Assembly (NCBI GenBank): GCA_013265495.1
Contig: MU058059.1
Location: 2,889,502 to 2,953,501, forward strand
Source: Vicugna vicugna
Taxonomy: Eukaryota
Direction of reading: 5' to 3'
Length of the DNA: 64,000 bases
A program made the translations under genes and the position numbers. Below, piece after piece: positions 48,351 to 60,683 of the stretch (within the stretch, counting starts at the first letter, position 1; every line of letters begins with the position of its first letter). A model generated the notes under the pieces. That model was given only the letters and a program-made list of their open reading frames with translations. It was not told the origin of the DNA and did no database searches.

Positions 48351-48781
48351 TGTTACCAAGTTCAAGCTCGTGCTGCTCTAATACGTCAAGAGAGAGGGAG
48401 TTGTTGGAGCCAAGAATAGTGACTTCATTTGGAAAGCCAGCAGACTGAGAAGATAGTGGCCTAGTACCCCCAAAGAACCGTCTTCCCCGAGTTGGAATTC
48501 AGGCTTCTTTTCATGCTGAAAGAGGAGACAGTAAAGTGAAACATTTCCTGGTTCCCGGCAGCCTCTGCAGGGGATGTGATCATTTCTTCCCACCTGCAGC
48601 CACTCACAGGTGGGCCTGGTCAGGATGTTTCCCGGGAGCTGCGAAAGGTGTTTTAGCTTAATGCTAATTACCTGGGAGGCAGAGTTCCCAGAGCTGGGCC
48701 ATGAAGTATCAGATAAGCTTATAGGCAACCTCCCTTTAGTGATTAACTTGTAATAGAACGCAAATGTTCTTCTCAATTATA
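48351..48781 (-). mobile_element. ERV1-type solo LTR (laurasiatherian family)
   Basis: 'tgttaccaagttcaagctcg...gagttgttgg...ggaaagccagcagactgagaagat...acaggtgggcctggtcaggatgtttcc...ccctttagtgattaacttgta' matches a recalled antisense ERV1 LTR. Confidence 0.7.
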
Positions 48782-49695
48782 ACCCCACAGCCAGGACAAA
48801 AACTGCATTCAGTGATACTGAAAAGCACGTTACAGTTTACCCAGAGTTTTCTCTTTCTGGCTCATTCAGTCCCTGCAAACACTCAGGAGGCAGTATTTTC
48901 TAATTCCACAGGCGAGGGATCTGCGTGTTGGAGGAACAATTGCACAGACTCGGTGTGAGTCGCGGCCAGCGTGCACCGGCTGAGCCACTGACTTCACCTC
49001 TGTGCACCCACGTCCTCATCCTTAAACAAGACAGTAATTCCGAGCCGGGCTGGTTACGAGGATTAAATAAAACAGTGTGGAGTGTCTAACAGGGCCTGGC
49101 TGGCAGGCCGGCACTGTTAATTCCAGTTCCCTTTCTGACCCCAAGCTTGGCGAGGTGCTTCTCCTATTTCGACGGCAGCTCCTCCTCTGAGGTCCAGAGG
49201 CCACTGGGGGTGCCAACTGTGGAGCACCGTGCGCGTTTGGACGCGATAGTTAGCTGCGTCGGGGACCAGCAGTCCTTAAAGGAGTGTGTGGAGACCAGTG
49301 TACAGCTAGAGAGGACAGCGGGGCGGAACTAAGGGTCCCGGGGACGCAGGGCTGGATGCCCGGCCTGTGGGGGCCATTTTTCAGCCCAGGAGACGCCGGC
49401 GCCCCAAGGCGCACCAGGCAGAAGGGTCCAGCCAGCCTCCCCCGCCCTCGGGGGACATTGGCCGCCCCCTCCCCGTTCACCTCTGCCCCTTCCTTCTCCC
49501 TCCCCCAGGTCCTTCAAAGTCTCCCAAGCCTCAAAAAGCCAGAGGGTCCCGGGGTGGAGACGGCAGGGGGCTGCAGCCCGCTGGCCCGCTGGCCCGCCCG
49601 CCCGGGAGCGCAGCCCCGCCCCCACCGCGGCGCCGGCTGGCGGGAGGCGGGACATGCGCACGCGGCGGCGGGCCCGCGCCGGGAGGGAGAGATCG

Positions 49696-49767
49696 NNNNN
49701 NNNNNNNNNNNNNNNNNNNNNNNNNNNNNNNNNNNNNNNNNNNNNNNNNNNNNNNNNNNNNNNNNNG
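49696..49767. other. Assembly gap (72 N)
   Basis: Run of N directly visible. Confidence 1.
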
Positions 49768-50128
49768 GGCGGCGCTGCAGGGAGCGGGGCGCGGGAGCCG
49801 GGCGCGCGCCGCCAGACGAGGGCGGGTGAGCGAGCCCGGCGCGCCGCGTGCAGAGGATGCGAGCGGCAGGGAGCCGCCGCGCCGCCGCGCCTCGAGAACG
49901 CGAGCGGCGGTGACCTCAGCCAGGGGAGAGCCGGGCTACGGCGGCTGCAAGCCCCGCGGGGATCATCGGGGCCGGAGTGCGGGCGGCGGCGCGGGAGCGC
50001 GGGGCGCAGACCGGGCGGGGCTGGCGGACAGTGATGAGCGGGCGCGCGGGGAGGCTGCACGCCGCCGCCGCAGCCGCCGCCTGGAGCATCCGCTGCCGGA
50101 GCTGCTGCTCGCGGCCCGGGCTCCGGCC

Positions 50129-51184
50129 ATGGACACGCTGAACGGCCCTGCGGGCGGCGGCATCCCGGACTCGAAGCCGCAGCCGCCCGGCCAGCACCAC
50201 CGCCACCATCACCTCCACCCGCTGGTCGAGCGGAGGCGGCTGCACCGTGCGCCCTCGCCCGCCAGACCCTTCCTCAAGGATCTGCACGGCCGGCCCGCGG
50301 CCCCCGGCCCGGCCCCCGCGGCCCCCTCCTCGGGCCGAGCCCTGGCTCCCACCGCCCCACGCTCGCCCAGCCTCGCGGGCAAGGCGCCGCCCTCGCCGGG
50401 GCCCTTGGCCGCGCCCGGCCGCCTCTCCCGGCGCAGCGGCGGCGCCCCCGGCGCGAAGGACAAGCCGCCGCCGGGCGCCGGGGCCAGGGCAGCGGGCGGC
50501 GCCAAGGCCGCTCCAGGTTCCCGGAGGGCGCTGCGCGCGGCGCCAGCGGAGCCACTGCCCCGGGTCGGGAAGCCGCCGCCCGGGGCCGAGCCGCCGCCCG
50601 CCTCTGCCAAGGGCCGCAAAGCCAAACGCGGCTCCGGGGCGGTCCCCGCCCGCGCCGCCGGGCCCCCGGTCGCCGCCGTCCCGGTGCCCGCCGTGATCCT
50701 CGCCGTGACCACCGCGGCCGGCTCCCCGGCCCCCGGCTCCCGCATCAGCCACACGGACAGCAGCTCCGACCTCTCTGACTGCCCCTCCGACCCTCTGTCC
50801 GATGAGCAGCGCCTGCTCCCCGCCGCCAGCAGCGACGCCGAGTCCGGCACGGGCTCCAGCGATCGGGAACCCCTGCGGGGGGCCCCCACGACAAACCCCG
50901 CAGCTCGTGGGGCGCTGCCGGGTAGCCCCGAACCCCCAGTGTTTCTCTCCGCGCCTCACGCCGCCTGCTTTGGAGGTCGGAGCAGTCCGGGTGGGGTCCC
51001 CGCGGGGTCCCCAGGGCCCGGCGTGGCGGAGGATGCAGGGGGGCGCGCGCCCCCGGAACGAACTATCCCCGGGACTCCCAAGGAGCAGGGCCCGGGCGAG
51101 CAGCCCCGGCTGGTACCGGCGGCAGAGGAGGAGGAGCTGCTTCGGGAGATGGAAGAGCTGCGCTCGGAGAACGACTATCTTAAG
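50129..51184 (+). CDS. MTCL1: MTCL1 (SOGA2) microtubule crosslinking factor 1, coding exon 1
   Basis: Strong Kozak gccATGG; [11 protein letters not shown]...[10 protein letters not shown]...[45 protein letters not shown]...[20 protein letters not shown] matches the MTCL1 N-terminus; 352 codons; donor AAG|GTGCGC. Confidence 0.95.
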
Positions 51185-52899
51185 GTGCGCAGCCCGCCCC
51201 GCAGCAGGTGTCCCGGAGGCGCCCCGAGGGCCTGGGTGCGGGCGGGGACCCGTGAGGCCCGCCTTCCCGGTCCCCAAAGCGCTGTCTCCCGCTGCCATTC
51301 GCTTTCCAGTCCCCGCGCACGCTGGGCGTTGGGAACTTGAGCCAAAACTTCTGGAAGGAGCTGCGAGACCTGTGGGTCCGGGCCGCTTGTCGACCCGCTT
51401 GGCTTGTTTCTAGAAGGCTTGCTTTCCGCTAATCCTTTGCCCCTGTTGCTGTGCTGCGTTGATTATAGCGGCGGCCGTAACCACTTTCGGGATTACTCTG
51501 TCGACCCCCGCCCCAGCTGTGGGAGCTCTGCGCCCGGCCCGTGGGGTGAGCGCGGGGTCCAAGGGTGCGGTGGCCCAGGCTGCAGAGTGGCCCGCCGCCT
51601 CTCCCCCAGTTACGGAGAGCCAGGCTCTCTCCATGTCCTCCCCCAGGGGCTCTCAGCACAGACAGCGGGGCCTCGCCGTTTTCAGAGATAAACCTGAAGT
51701 TCAGGAGTCCCTTGAGCGCGGCCTGGGTGGAGGGAGCGCGGTGTTTTGCTGGCCGGTCTTCTGTAAGCGTCCACCAGCCGGCGTCTCCGTGTCAGGAGTC
51801 CCTCCTCACGCCAGTACTTTGGAGGGAATCACGTCCTCTCTGAGCGCTTCCCGGCCGGGCCTGCTCCAAGTGGTTTCTTGGTCCTGCTAGCTTCGGGGTG
51901 CGAGTCTGACTCCATGTTTTCTCCGAGGAGGAGGGCTGGCGCTGCAGAACCGCGGGTGTAGACAGTGCTGGGGGGTGGTGGTGGTGGGAGGGGGTCGGGA
52001 CAAGCAAGGTGACTGGAAAGTAAGGAGGGCTGTATTGAAAGCAGCTGTCCTGGTTTGTTATGACGCTCGTTGTCGCAAACAGCGCCGGTGGTAATAATTC
52101 ACTGTTTCTGTTGAGATGCTTGAATGTGTGTGCCTCCTCCCAAACCAGGGCGGTGGCCCTCCTTCATCAGTGGTTCTGTGAGTCGTTCTGTTTTTTCAGC
52201 AGATGCCGAACCTCCCAGCTGGAGGCCCAGTTTTGGCTGGTGGGACCAAAGGGGTTGGCTTGTAAGGTGCGTGGTGGTGAGGTGGGCAGTCCAGACCGGG
52301 CTCAGAGCAGTGGACTGAGCATTCCTAACCCAGGCAAGGAAGCTGCTCCAACCTAGGCTGAGCCCCGTGGCACTTCGTCCTGCTCCAGGAGGCAGAGCAG
52401 GAGAGGTGGGAGAAGACAGGACTCGGTTGAGAGATTTCACAGGGTACCTTTGCTTTTGTCACCGACTTATGTAACAGTCAACAGAGTGAAATTCAAAGGT
52501 GCTGAAGAAAAGGGGCCACCCTGTTGGGTGTGACGCTGTTGTGCAATCCGCACTTTTGAAAACTTTCTGTAGATGTGAGCTCCCCCAGGGTGAGAAAGAT
52601 CATCTTGTTCATTGGTAACCTCAGCTCTTAGCATCCTTCCTGACTTAGTGTTTCTGATTGAGTGATTTTTGTGCAGATCATGGCAGCTGAGCAACAGAAA
52701 ACTGAGGGTTTTTTTTTTTTTTAAGGAAAGATGTTTCTCATTACATCTTTGATCTTAAGGTAGGCAGCCCTGTATCATTTCAGGGTTCATTCCTAGGTAA
52801 TGAGCTATTTGCTTTTTCACGTCATTCGATTCTCAGTGAAGGAAATTGTGTCTGAGCCTGGAGTCTAGTTAATCTGGTGTATTTGATGTTTCAGTGAGT

Positions 52900-53045
52900 C
52901 TCATAACAACATAGGGTATAATTGTTGTTATATTGATCATAACTCCAGTTTCACAGACAAGGATGCTGAGAACCAAGAAAAGTTAATGACCTGCCCGAGG
53001 TCACAGGGCCAGTAACTGGTGCAGCTCGTATTTCCCCTGCCTCCA
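52900..53045 (-). mobile_element. MIR
   Basis: 'cagtttcacagacaaggatgctgag...gttaatgacctgcccgaggtcacagggccagtaa' matches the reverse MIR core. Confidence 0.55.
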
Positions 53046-56000
53046 GACCTCTGTCCTGTCCCTGCGCCAGGCTGCATCCCTGTTTCCATCAGGGTTGCTT
53101 TTCTCAGACCACATTTGCTAGCCATGGTGGCTTTATTAAGCTCAAAATGTTCCCAACATACAGCTTTCTTAGGGGACCTCTTTTTAGGTGAAAGGGCCAC
53201 AGTGAACACTTCTCCACTGGCCTGTGGACAAACGGTCCCATAAGCCCCGCTGGCAGGGTTTAATTGGTGGGAAATGTCAGTTACCATTTCCTGTGGAGAA
53301 AGTGTCAGGACCGACTGCTTTCTATGCCTGAGTCCATCCGCCAGCCGTTCCTCTGACAGCAGGAGGCAGAAGCGGGGGCAGAGGAGGTCTGTGGAGGCTC
53401 GGGAATCAGGATGATCACAGATACGTGTGTGAGTTACGTGCTTGGCTGTGTAAAAGCTTACACAGTAGTTCATTTACTGTGAGTAAATGACAGTAGTTCA
53501 ATTTGAGGAAGAAAGGTGGTGATCTCCACCCACTGGTGCCGGGAGCGGCAGTGACCTTTGCTGTAGGCCCGCCTTTGCACGTGGGGTTTCGAGCGTGCGT
53601 GTTATAAGCCAAAACTGCTGTTTGTTGCTTTTGTTCTCAGTGATCCTCTTTTGAGATGGTAAATTAAAGTCAGTCCTCGACCTGCTGCTTTCCTAGGGAA
53701 CGCTGTACAGAACTCTCGTGGTTAGAAAGAGCAGCCTCTAGTAAGTGTTATCTAACAAGAGGAGGCTCCACCCAGAAATCTTGCTTTGACGTGTCCTGGA
53801 GGCTGGTACACAGTAAGTATTACAGGCCTTCCTGAGACTCACGATGTCTGAACGAGAATGACTAAGAGGAATCAAGCAGAAAATAAGGTCTGCGCACCAT
53901 AGGAGGATGCCTTACTGATCGGAACACTCGAGTGGGATTCTCTGGGTTTTGAGCCAGACTGCTGCATTTGCCCACAGCGGAGCGCCCAGCTCCTGCTGTG
54001 CAGAGCTGTGCGGGGCCTCCCGGCCCCTGCTTCCACAGCAGCAGCTCAGGGCACCGCAGTGATTAGATGAACTCCTCAGTGCAGGTGGCTGGCGTTTTGC
54101 ATGGAAGCCCAGTCGGACAAGCACTCTTGTCCCTTGACCTCTGATGAACTCGCGTGTGTTTGGAAGTCTTGAGGAATTAAGATGAGAGGATGAGTTCAGT
54201 GATCCAGAGGTTTTTGCTTCCCTCTCAGAGCAGACCCAGGCACGTTCTTAGTGACAAGGACATCCACAAATGCTGCTGGCGTGTGTCCCCCCCTACCCTG
54301 CCCACCACTGCGTTTTGCTCCAGCGCTCAGAGACAATCAGACAAGCCCTAGTGCTCATTATGAACATATTAATTATGTTCTCTGTTTCCACAGGCTTTTT
54401 CAGGAGGGTTTAATCACTGTGAGTTTATTGGCCTATTTTGAAAATGCTTTCCAAGTGGCTGGTGATGCTGTCCCAACACGCCCTCCTCCTGCCCCAGAGT
54501 GCCCCCGTCCTGCAGGGCCGGCCAGGCTGGCGTGGGGAAGGGCTGCATGGTCCGCACTGCCTTTTCAGTTATTTCCTTAGAACTATTTTTGGTTAAAACA
54601 GAAGAAGTCAGCACTAAAGGACAGATACCATGGGGTTCCTGGAGAGGAGTGGTTTCCCAGGGCAGATCATTGGGTTTTACAGGTTTCAGTGCAGCAGCAC
54701 CGAGCCAGCCTTCCCCTCCTGTTTCTCCCTTGGAGTTTTCTGAGTTTCAAGGCCTGAAATGACTTGGTTAAATTCGACTGCCTGGATTCCATGCACTCAG
54801 TGTGGCCTGGAAGGGGGAGGGGTGGACACTGAGACAAGAATAAACAGTTCTGAGCACGAAGCGCTTCACCCACTCCTCCCCTTCCCGGCCCGGGCCCTCC
54901 TCCCTTTCTTCTGGAGAGTTAAAGTGGACGGTATCTCTGTTCTGCCCTGACATTCTGCCTCCCACACCCAGGTCTTACTCAGCCTGTGGAAAAGCGGCTG
55001 TAATAATCTTTGGTGGCAAGACACTGTGGCCCGGGGCACACAGGGCCATCAGCTGCTGGGTGAACTGTCACTCGGTGAACAAAGGGAGCAGTCCCTGGCC
55101 GTCTCAGCCTCAGCTGGGACTCAGCAGAGACCATTCCCATTGTCCAGGGGGAAATGAGGTGGATGATCGGCACATTACAGGGGACAGTAGTTCCTGCTGT
55201 AGCTCCCAGAAGATGGAAGTGTTGCGGCAGTAGCCAGATGACCGCGCCTGCCGTCCAGAGAGGGTCTCTTTAAAGAGGGGTCATTCCAGTAGGACTAGGT
55301 GTTGATTTCAGGGTGTTTAAAGGAGCTTATCAGTGTGATTGGAAGTCTCCATCAGCACTTTTACTACAGAACTGTGGATAAAACTCCTCAAAGGGGTTTT
55401 CACTGAAATTTCAATCTTGGTTTATTCTCCTGGACACACGGTACCTCATTAGTCCTCTAACTTGACACACATGTATGTTACATATAGAGAAGAAAGCTTG
55501 ATTGTTACTCTGCAGGCAAAGGGGAGGAGTGAGGAGCTTCACGCTACTTTAAGATTCATCTTATATGCGCAATTCGAAATGTATATTTAATTAAAGCTAA
55601 ATTAGCTTTTCAATGAGATAATGATCCAGCATTTGAGTATCTGACAGACTTGATGTGAATTCAGTGTAAAACTTGATGAGGGGTAGTTTTTTTCCTTATT
55701 AATATCTGTCTTAACAACAGCAGTTTTCCACTTAGACTTACTGTAACTAGATTATGTCTGCCAGAAAATGCTATGTTCTGCCTGATTTGGTTTCTTTATG
55801 CATTTAAATGGCAGACGTCTTTAAGATTCTTTAATACAATGTTCTCCAAATTAGAGCATGCTGTCTGAAAATTAATGTCATGTTAATTTGAAAATCACTC
55901 TCCCATCATGACCCTAATCTGAATAATCACAGTTTTTGCTTTTCAGATGCCTGCTCCCAGCTTACACGGCGTGTTACCTGTAACTTCTTTTCACCAAACC

Positions 56001-57611
56001 TGCAAATTGCTTTTTTCAAGGCTCAGAGGAAAGAGTTGAGACCCTGGCCTCATCCCGTGTCTGCAGCAGACTAGAGGGGGGAAGCCATTTAAACGTATGG
56101 AGTTTCAGTGTCCTCATTGTACAAGTGGGGGTGTTAGTGTCTTCCCTGCACAGGGCAGTGCTTTCCTGAGGACCTGCTGTGGTGATAGCTGTACTTGCAC
56201 GCTGACGACATCAGATTCCAAGCCTTGGCCTGCGTTTTTTATTTTACGCCATGGTGCGCTTTACCAGTAGGACTTAAGGCTGATTACTGTTTCATTTGTC
56301 ATGGCTGTTGCAGATGATTTCTAGCGTTTACTGGAAAGAGCACGTGTCTGAAACCAGACAGCCTTGGCTTGTAGGTGGGCTTCCGTGTGTTAGCAAAAAG
56401 CGTTTGGACACGTTCACCGGCGGGGGTTTGGTCTCCTTGTCCATCAGATGCCGGTGGTGTGTCCCTGGCAGGGTTATCATGGGCTCAGGACGAAGGTAAA
56501 GTGCTTAATAAAGGCTGTCTTGTGTTCTACCAATTTAGAGGAAGCAGGAGGTATGCAGGAGGTATGAGAGCAGTGATTCAGATACGTGCAGTTATGGTCT
56601 CTCCCTAATTTTCTTTTCAACGCAACTAATGTTAGTGATTATTTATGCCAAAAAGTACTAGCTGTTTACATCTGCATCTGACCTGCTCAGTGATCCGGGG
56701 GTGTGGGTTCATCTTGTCCTGGAACAGGGATTTTTAGCCTGCGGTGGTGGTGCGGGCGTCTGTGTAACACATCCAGCATTTAACGTCAGGGTCGAGGAGG
56801 GGCCCCGCTACAAAGTCTGAAAACCAGAGAATATTTTTACCTGGAAGTTGTATCGCATGTCTTTTTATGGCTGTGTCGCATTTGAAAACTCTTGTTGGAG
56901 TAACAGGTAACGTCAGGCATTAAAGCCCTGATAAACCTTCTGGAAGGAAACGCGATCTCAAAGGTTCCCTCCACAAACAGAATCCCCAGCATCACTGTGT
57001 ATTTGTACGTGTACGTACACGGCAGTGATTATCGCTTGCGTTGAACTATTTTTTAATTAGTTACCCAGTGAAATAATTACCTTTTAACTGTATTCAGACA
57101 CAAGTATAGAGATTAGGCTGTTTCTCCAGGTCAGAGCAGATTCATGGATGGGACCCGAGTGAAACTTGACCTTGATGTTGCAGATTCAGGAGTAACTCTC
57201 TACTCTTTATCAGGAGAATGGCCCGTACAGGCCTGTTGGAAAGCTTCTGGGCTGTGGCTGGTCCCCTCCAGGGTGGCCATGCTCCCACCCCGCAGTATCA
57301 GTGCCTCAGTGCTGGGGTCGGGCGTCCAGAACAATCTCTCTCAGCTGCAGGCTGGCAAAGACCTTCCTGAAATAGCTGTGTTCTTCAGGCCCCAGAAGAG
57401 CCCTGCCTGTCCGGCTGACCCGCTTCTGTGCTGGCCCAGTCCCAGCAAGTTTTCCTACGAGGAACTAGATTTATAGGAAGAGATCTCCATAGAGGGGGGA
57501 GAAAAAGGAAAAAGAAATGAAACTTGCTTCTACTTCACAACATTTTCAACACTAAAATTTACCTTTCTTAGGATGCCTTAGAATGTCTAATTTTTAATGA
57601 GGTTGTCATCA

Positions 57612-58185
57612 CTGGTTCCGAAATTCTGTAAGAACACTTAGCAGACGAGAAGAAAAACATTTTATTCGTTTGATCCCTGCGAGCCTGGGAACGCCTTCCT
57701 CCCTAACAGCCCTTCTCCTTGGGCGTCCCCTGAAATAGACTCCATTTGGAGTCATGGTCAGCGGAGCAGGTGGTCCTCTTGGCCGGGTGGTGTGGGCGGA
57801 GTGGGAGAATGTACGGGCTAGGTTCAGGGAAACGAGATGCCACATCTGTGTGCTTCCCGAGACGGGTGATTGCTGCACGTGGTGGGGCGGGCGGGACAGT
57901 CATCTTCACCCCGTGAGTGCCGGCCTCTGTTTTTCCACGAGGAGTTGCAACTCGCTTAATAGCCTCTGGGACGTAATCTCACCCAGGATAAAATACTCTG
58001 GGAGATTTCTCTCTCATCGGTTTCTCGTCTGTGAGGCGCTGATGTTGGGAAACTCTTGTTCTTCATTGTAAGTAAATCCCTGGTTTTATGATTAAACGCA
58101 GGTGGCCTCCCTGGCCTTCTGAGACGGCCTGCACTCGGTCTGTGGAGCGCTCACCTCTCTGAATAAATCTACCTTAACTCAGGGG
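57612..58185. mobile_element. Decayed LTR fragments in MTCL1 intron 1
   Basis: 58095-58185 'gccttctgagacggcc...ctctgaataaatc' resembles the R region of the LTR at 47789; 57612-57960 looks like an antisense LTR (tttatt at 57661, 'gactccatttggagtc'). Confidence 0.35.
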
Positions 58186-58604
58186 AAAAAAAAGGAATAA
58201 ATGCAGGATTAGTGGGAGCGGTGAGGCTCCAGGGAGAAAGTGAGTAGCAGGAGAGCCGGCAAGCTAGGGAGCCCACGTCTGGGGAGGCTTCCCCTGGGCT
58301 GCAGTGTCCATTGTGCAGAGCAAATGGGAATGACCGAGGGTGTCCTGGTCTGGAGATGCGGGCTGTCTGTGATGAAAGGAATCGAGAAAACTCCTAGACT
58401 GCATTTCTTAGTCTCCCACCTTCCAGGCTGCTCCTCCTGGAAGTCGTTGTCATGGAATTTGCATCTCGCCTGCTGCAGCCCTGTCTATGGGTTTGGGAAG
58501 GATTCCTCACAATTGGACTACAAGACTGGAACGAAGCAGAGGGCGGCTGCGCCCAGCTTGCGTTGCATTTATGATTTCGTCTTTCCAGGCGTTGACCGAT
58601 GTTC

Positions 58605-59215
58605 CCGTGTATTCATTCCACAAGTACTGGTTGAGGCCCTTGTGTGGCTGACCTGCTCTAGACACGGGGGGTGCAGAGGGGAGCCGACTCTCAAGGTGTC
58701 TGCCCTCCTGGGGCTCACCTTTCCGCGAGGATGAGGGCGACAGATGCTGAGTAGGAAGAAACAGATTATATTCAACAGTGATTAGGGGTGGGAAGGAAAT
58801 AGGGCAGGCCCGGGACTAGAGACCATGGGGCTGGGGGTGTCGGGGAAGGCGGTGTGTGCCTTCCAAATGATGTGACCGTGAGCTCTACCAAGAGCTGGCT
58901 GGGGAGGGGCGTTGTAAGGAGAAGGCAGCACAGGTGACCCTGTGGCCCCAGCGGGGGGGAGGGAAGGGGGGTCCTGGGGGGCTTAGAAGAATTTCCTCTG
59001 TGTGATGGGAAGCCCCCTGGAGGGTCTGAGCTGGGGGAGGTGGTCTGCGTTACATGCTGAGAGGATGACTCTGGGTGGAGAATGGACAACAGAGGATGAG
59101 ATGCTGGAGGGGACGCCGGGGGCCCAGGTGCTGGGCCTACCTGTGTGCGAGCCGCTCCCGTGAGAGGCGTGGAGGCTGACGGGCGCCGTGGTGTGGAGCC
59201 GCTGCGAAGACAGCC
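58605..59215 (-). mobile_element. L2 relic (GC-shifted)
   Basis: 'attcattccacaagtactgg...tgccctcctggggctcac...ggaagccccctggagggtctgagc' follows the reverse L2 3' layout and resumes after the L1 at ~59555. Confidence 0.5.
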
Positions 59216-59224
59216 CTGCGGGCG

Positions 59225-59552
59225 GTTTTGTTTTTGTTTTAATTGGAGTCTAGTTGATTTACAATCTCGTGTTTCTGGTGTGCAGCGTAGCGATTCGGTG
59301 AAACATACGTACACGTCTATCCCTTTCCTAGCACCTTCCGTTATAGGTCGTTCCAAGGTATCGATGGTCGTTCCCTGCGCTCTCCCGTGGGGCCCTGTTG
59401 TTTCACACATAGTAGTTTGCATCTGTGTGTCCCAGAGTCCTAATTTGTCCTTCCCCCACCCCTTTCCTGTTGGACAACCACAAGTTTGTTTCCTATGTGA
59501 GTCTGTTCCTGTTTTGTAAACAAGTTCACTAGCGTCATTTTTTCAGATTCTA
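59225..59552 (-). mobile_element. L1 3' tail inserted in L2, unusually CpG-rich
   Basis: 'ttttaattggagtctagttgatttacaat...ttataggtcg...caaccacaagtttgtttcc...ttttgtaaacaagttca' is homologous to the copies at 30824 and 41542. Confidence 0.75.
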
Positions 59553-60230
59553 TTTTGATGTTGAGCTGATGGCACTGCGTTGACTGGGGGATGGGAGGGA
59601 GGGAGGGGGCCAGGAATAACCCTGGGTTTTCTCCTGTACCCGGAGTGTCTTCACGTCAGTGCCAGCCTAGAATGGAGATGGGGAGTGCAGGACAAATGAA
59701 AAACCAAACCCAAGTGTATTTGAAACAGCACACAAGGCTTTACACTTACAGCCCTGAGTCCCATGGTCAGTGCTGCGGTTGTGTTGCGGGACGGGATTTC
59801 AGGGACGTTTGCAGGTGTGCGGTAATTCTGGGGCAGCGCACAGTTACGGGTCCACTAAGGTTTATGTTCTTTGAAGGCGACATGTGTCTGACTCACCTTC
59901 CTGCCCAGACTGTCTTAGAGATACAGCTTTAGGCCTGTGTTTGGTTTGAATCTAAAGGCTGTTACCTGCAGAGATGACTGCATTTATGATTATGCTTCTG
60001 TAAGGAAATGTCAGGGGTGGAGTGACTGCTGAGAAGCTGTGATGAATGATCCAGGCTAGTTCTTGGCTTCTGCCCCTTGCGATTTGAGCAGACGTCGGGT
60101 GATGCTGTCTTGTGCAGGGTCACACAGGTGTGGCTGGACACCGGCAGGTAGCCAGCGGGTGGTGGACGGTGGTGCGGGGCAGGGGTGGATGGGATGAAGG
60201 TGGGTCCTTCATGATGCACTGGGCTTCTAA

Positions 60231-60683
<453 letters not shown>

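Larger units (their letters stand above)
49240..51950 (+). promoter_or_regulatory. MTCL1 promoter/exon 1 CpG island
   Basis: Extreme GC/CpG density, GC boxes, NRF1-like 'atgcgcacgcg' at ~49654; TSS probably near the gap at 49696-49767. Confidence 0.85.

Noticed and set aside
49367-50128. 254-codon in-frame extension upstream of the MTCL1 ATG
   Set aside because: Crosses an N gap, so the frame is undefined; low-complexity Arg/Gly/Ala sequence; the ATG at 50129 has a strong Kozak context and matches the known N-terminus.
49916-51298. 460-aa antisense ORF over MTCL1 exon 1, and other overlapping ORFs there
   Set aside because: Expected shadow ORFs of extremely GC-rich coding DNA (stop codons are rare); no recognisable domain.
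48328-56566. Short tandem duplications (15-bp period at 48328, 11-bp period at 56544) and simple repeats such as (GCAA)4 near 1232 and (CACTGT)n near 10348
   Set aside because: Ordinary slippage products with no evident function.
57738-57753. Perfect 7-bp hairpin GACTCCA-TT-TGGAGTC
   Set aside because: Too short to be significant in 64 kb and lies within a probable LTR relic.
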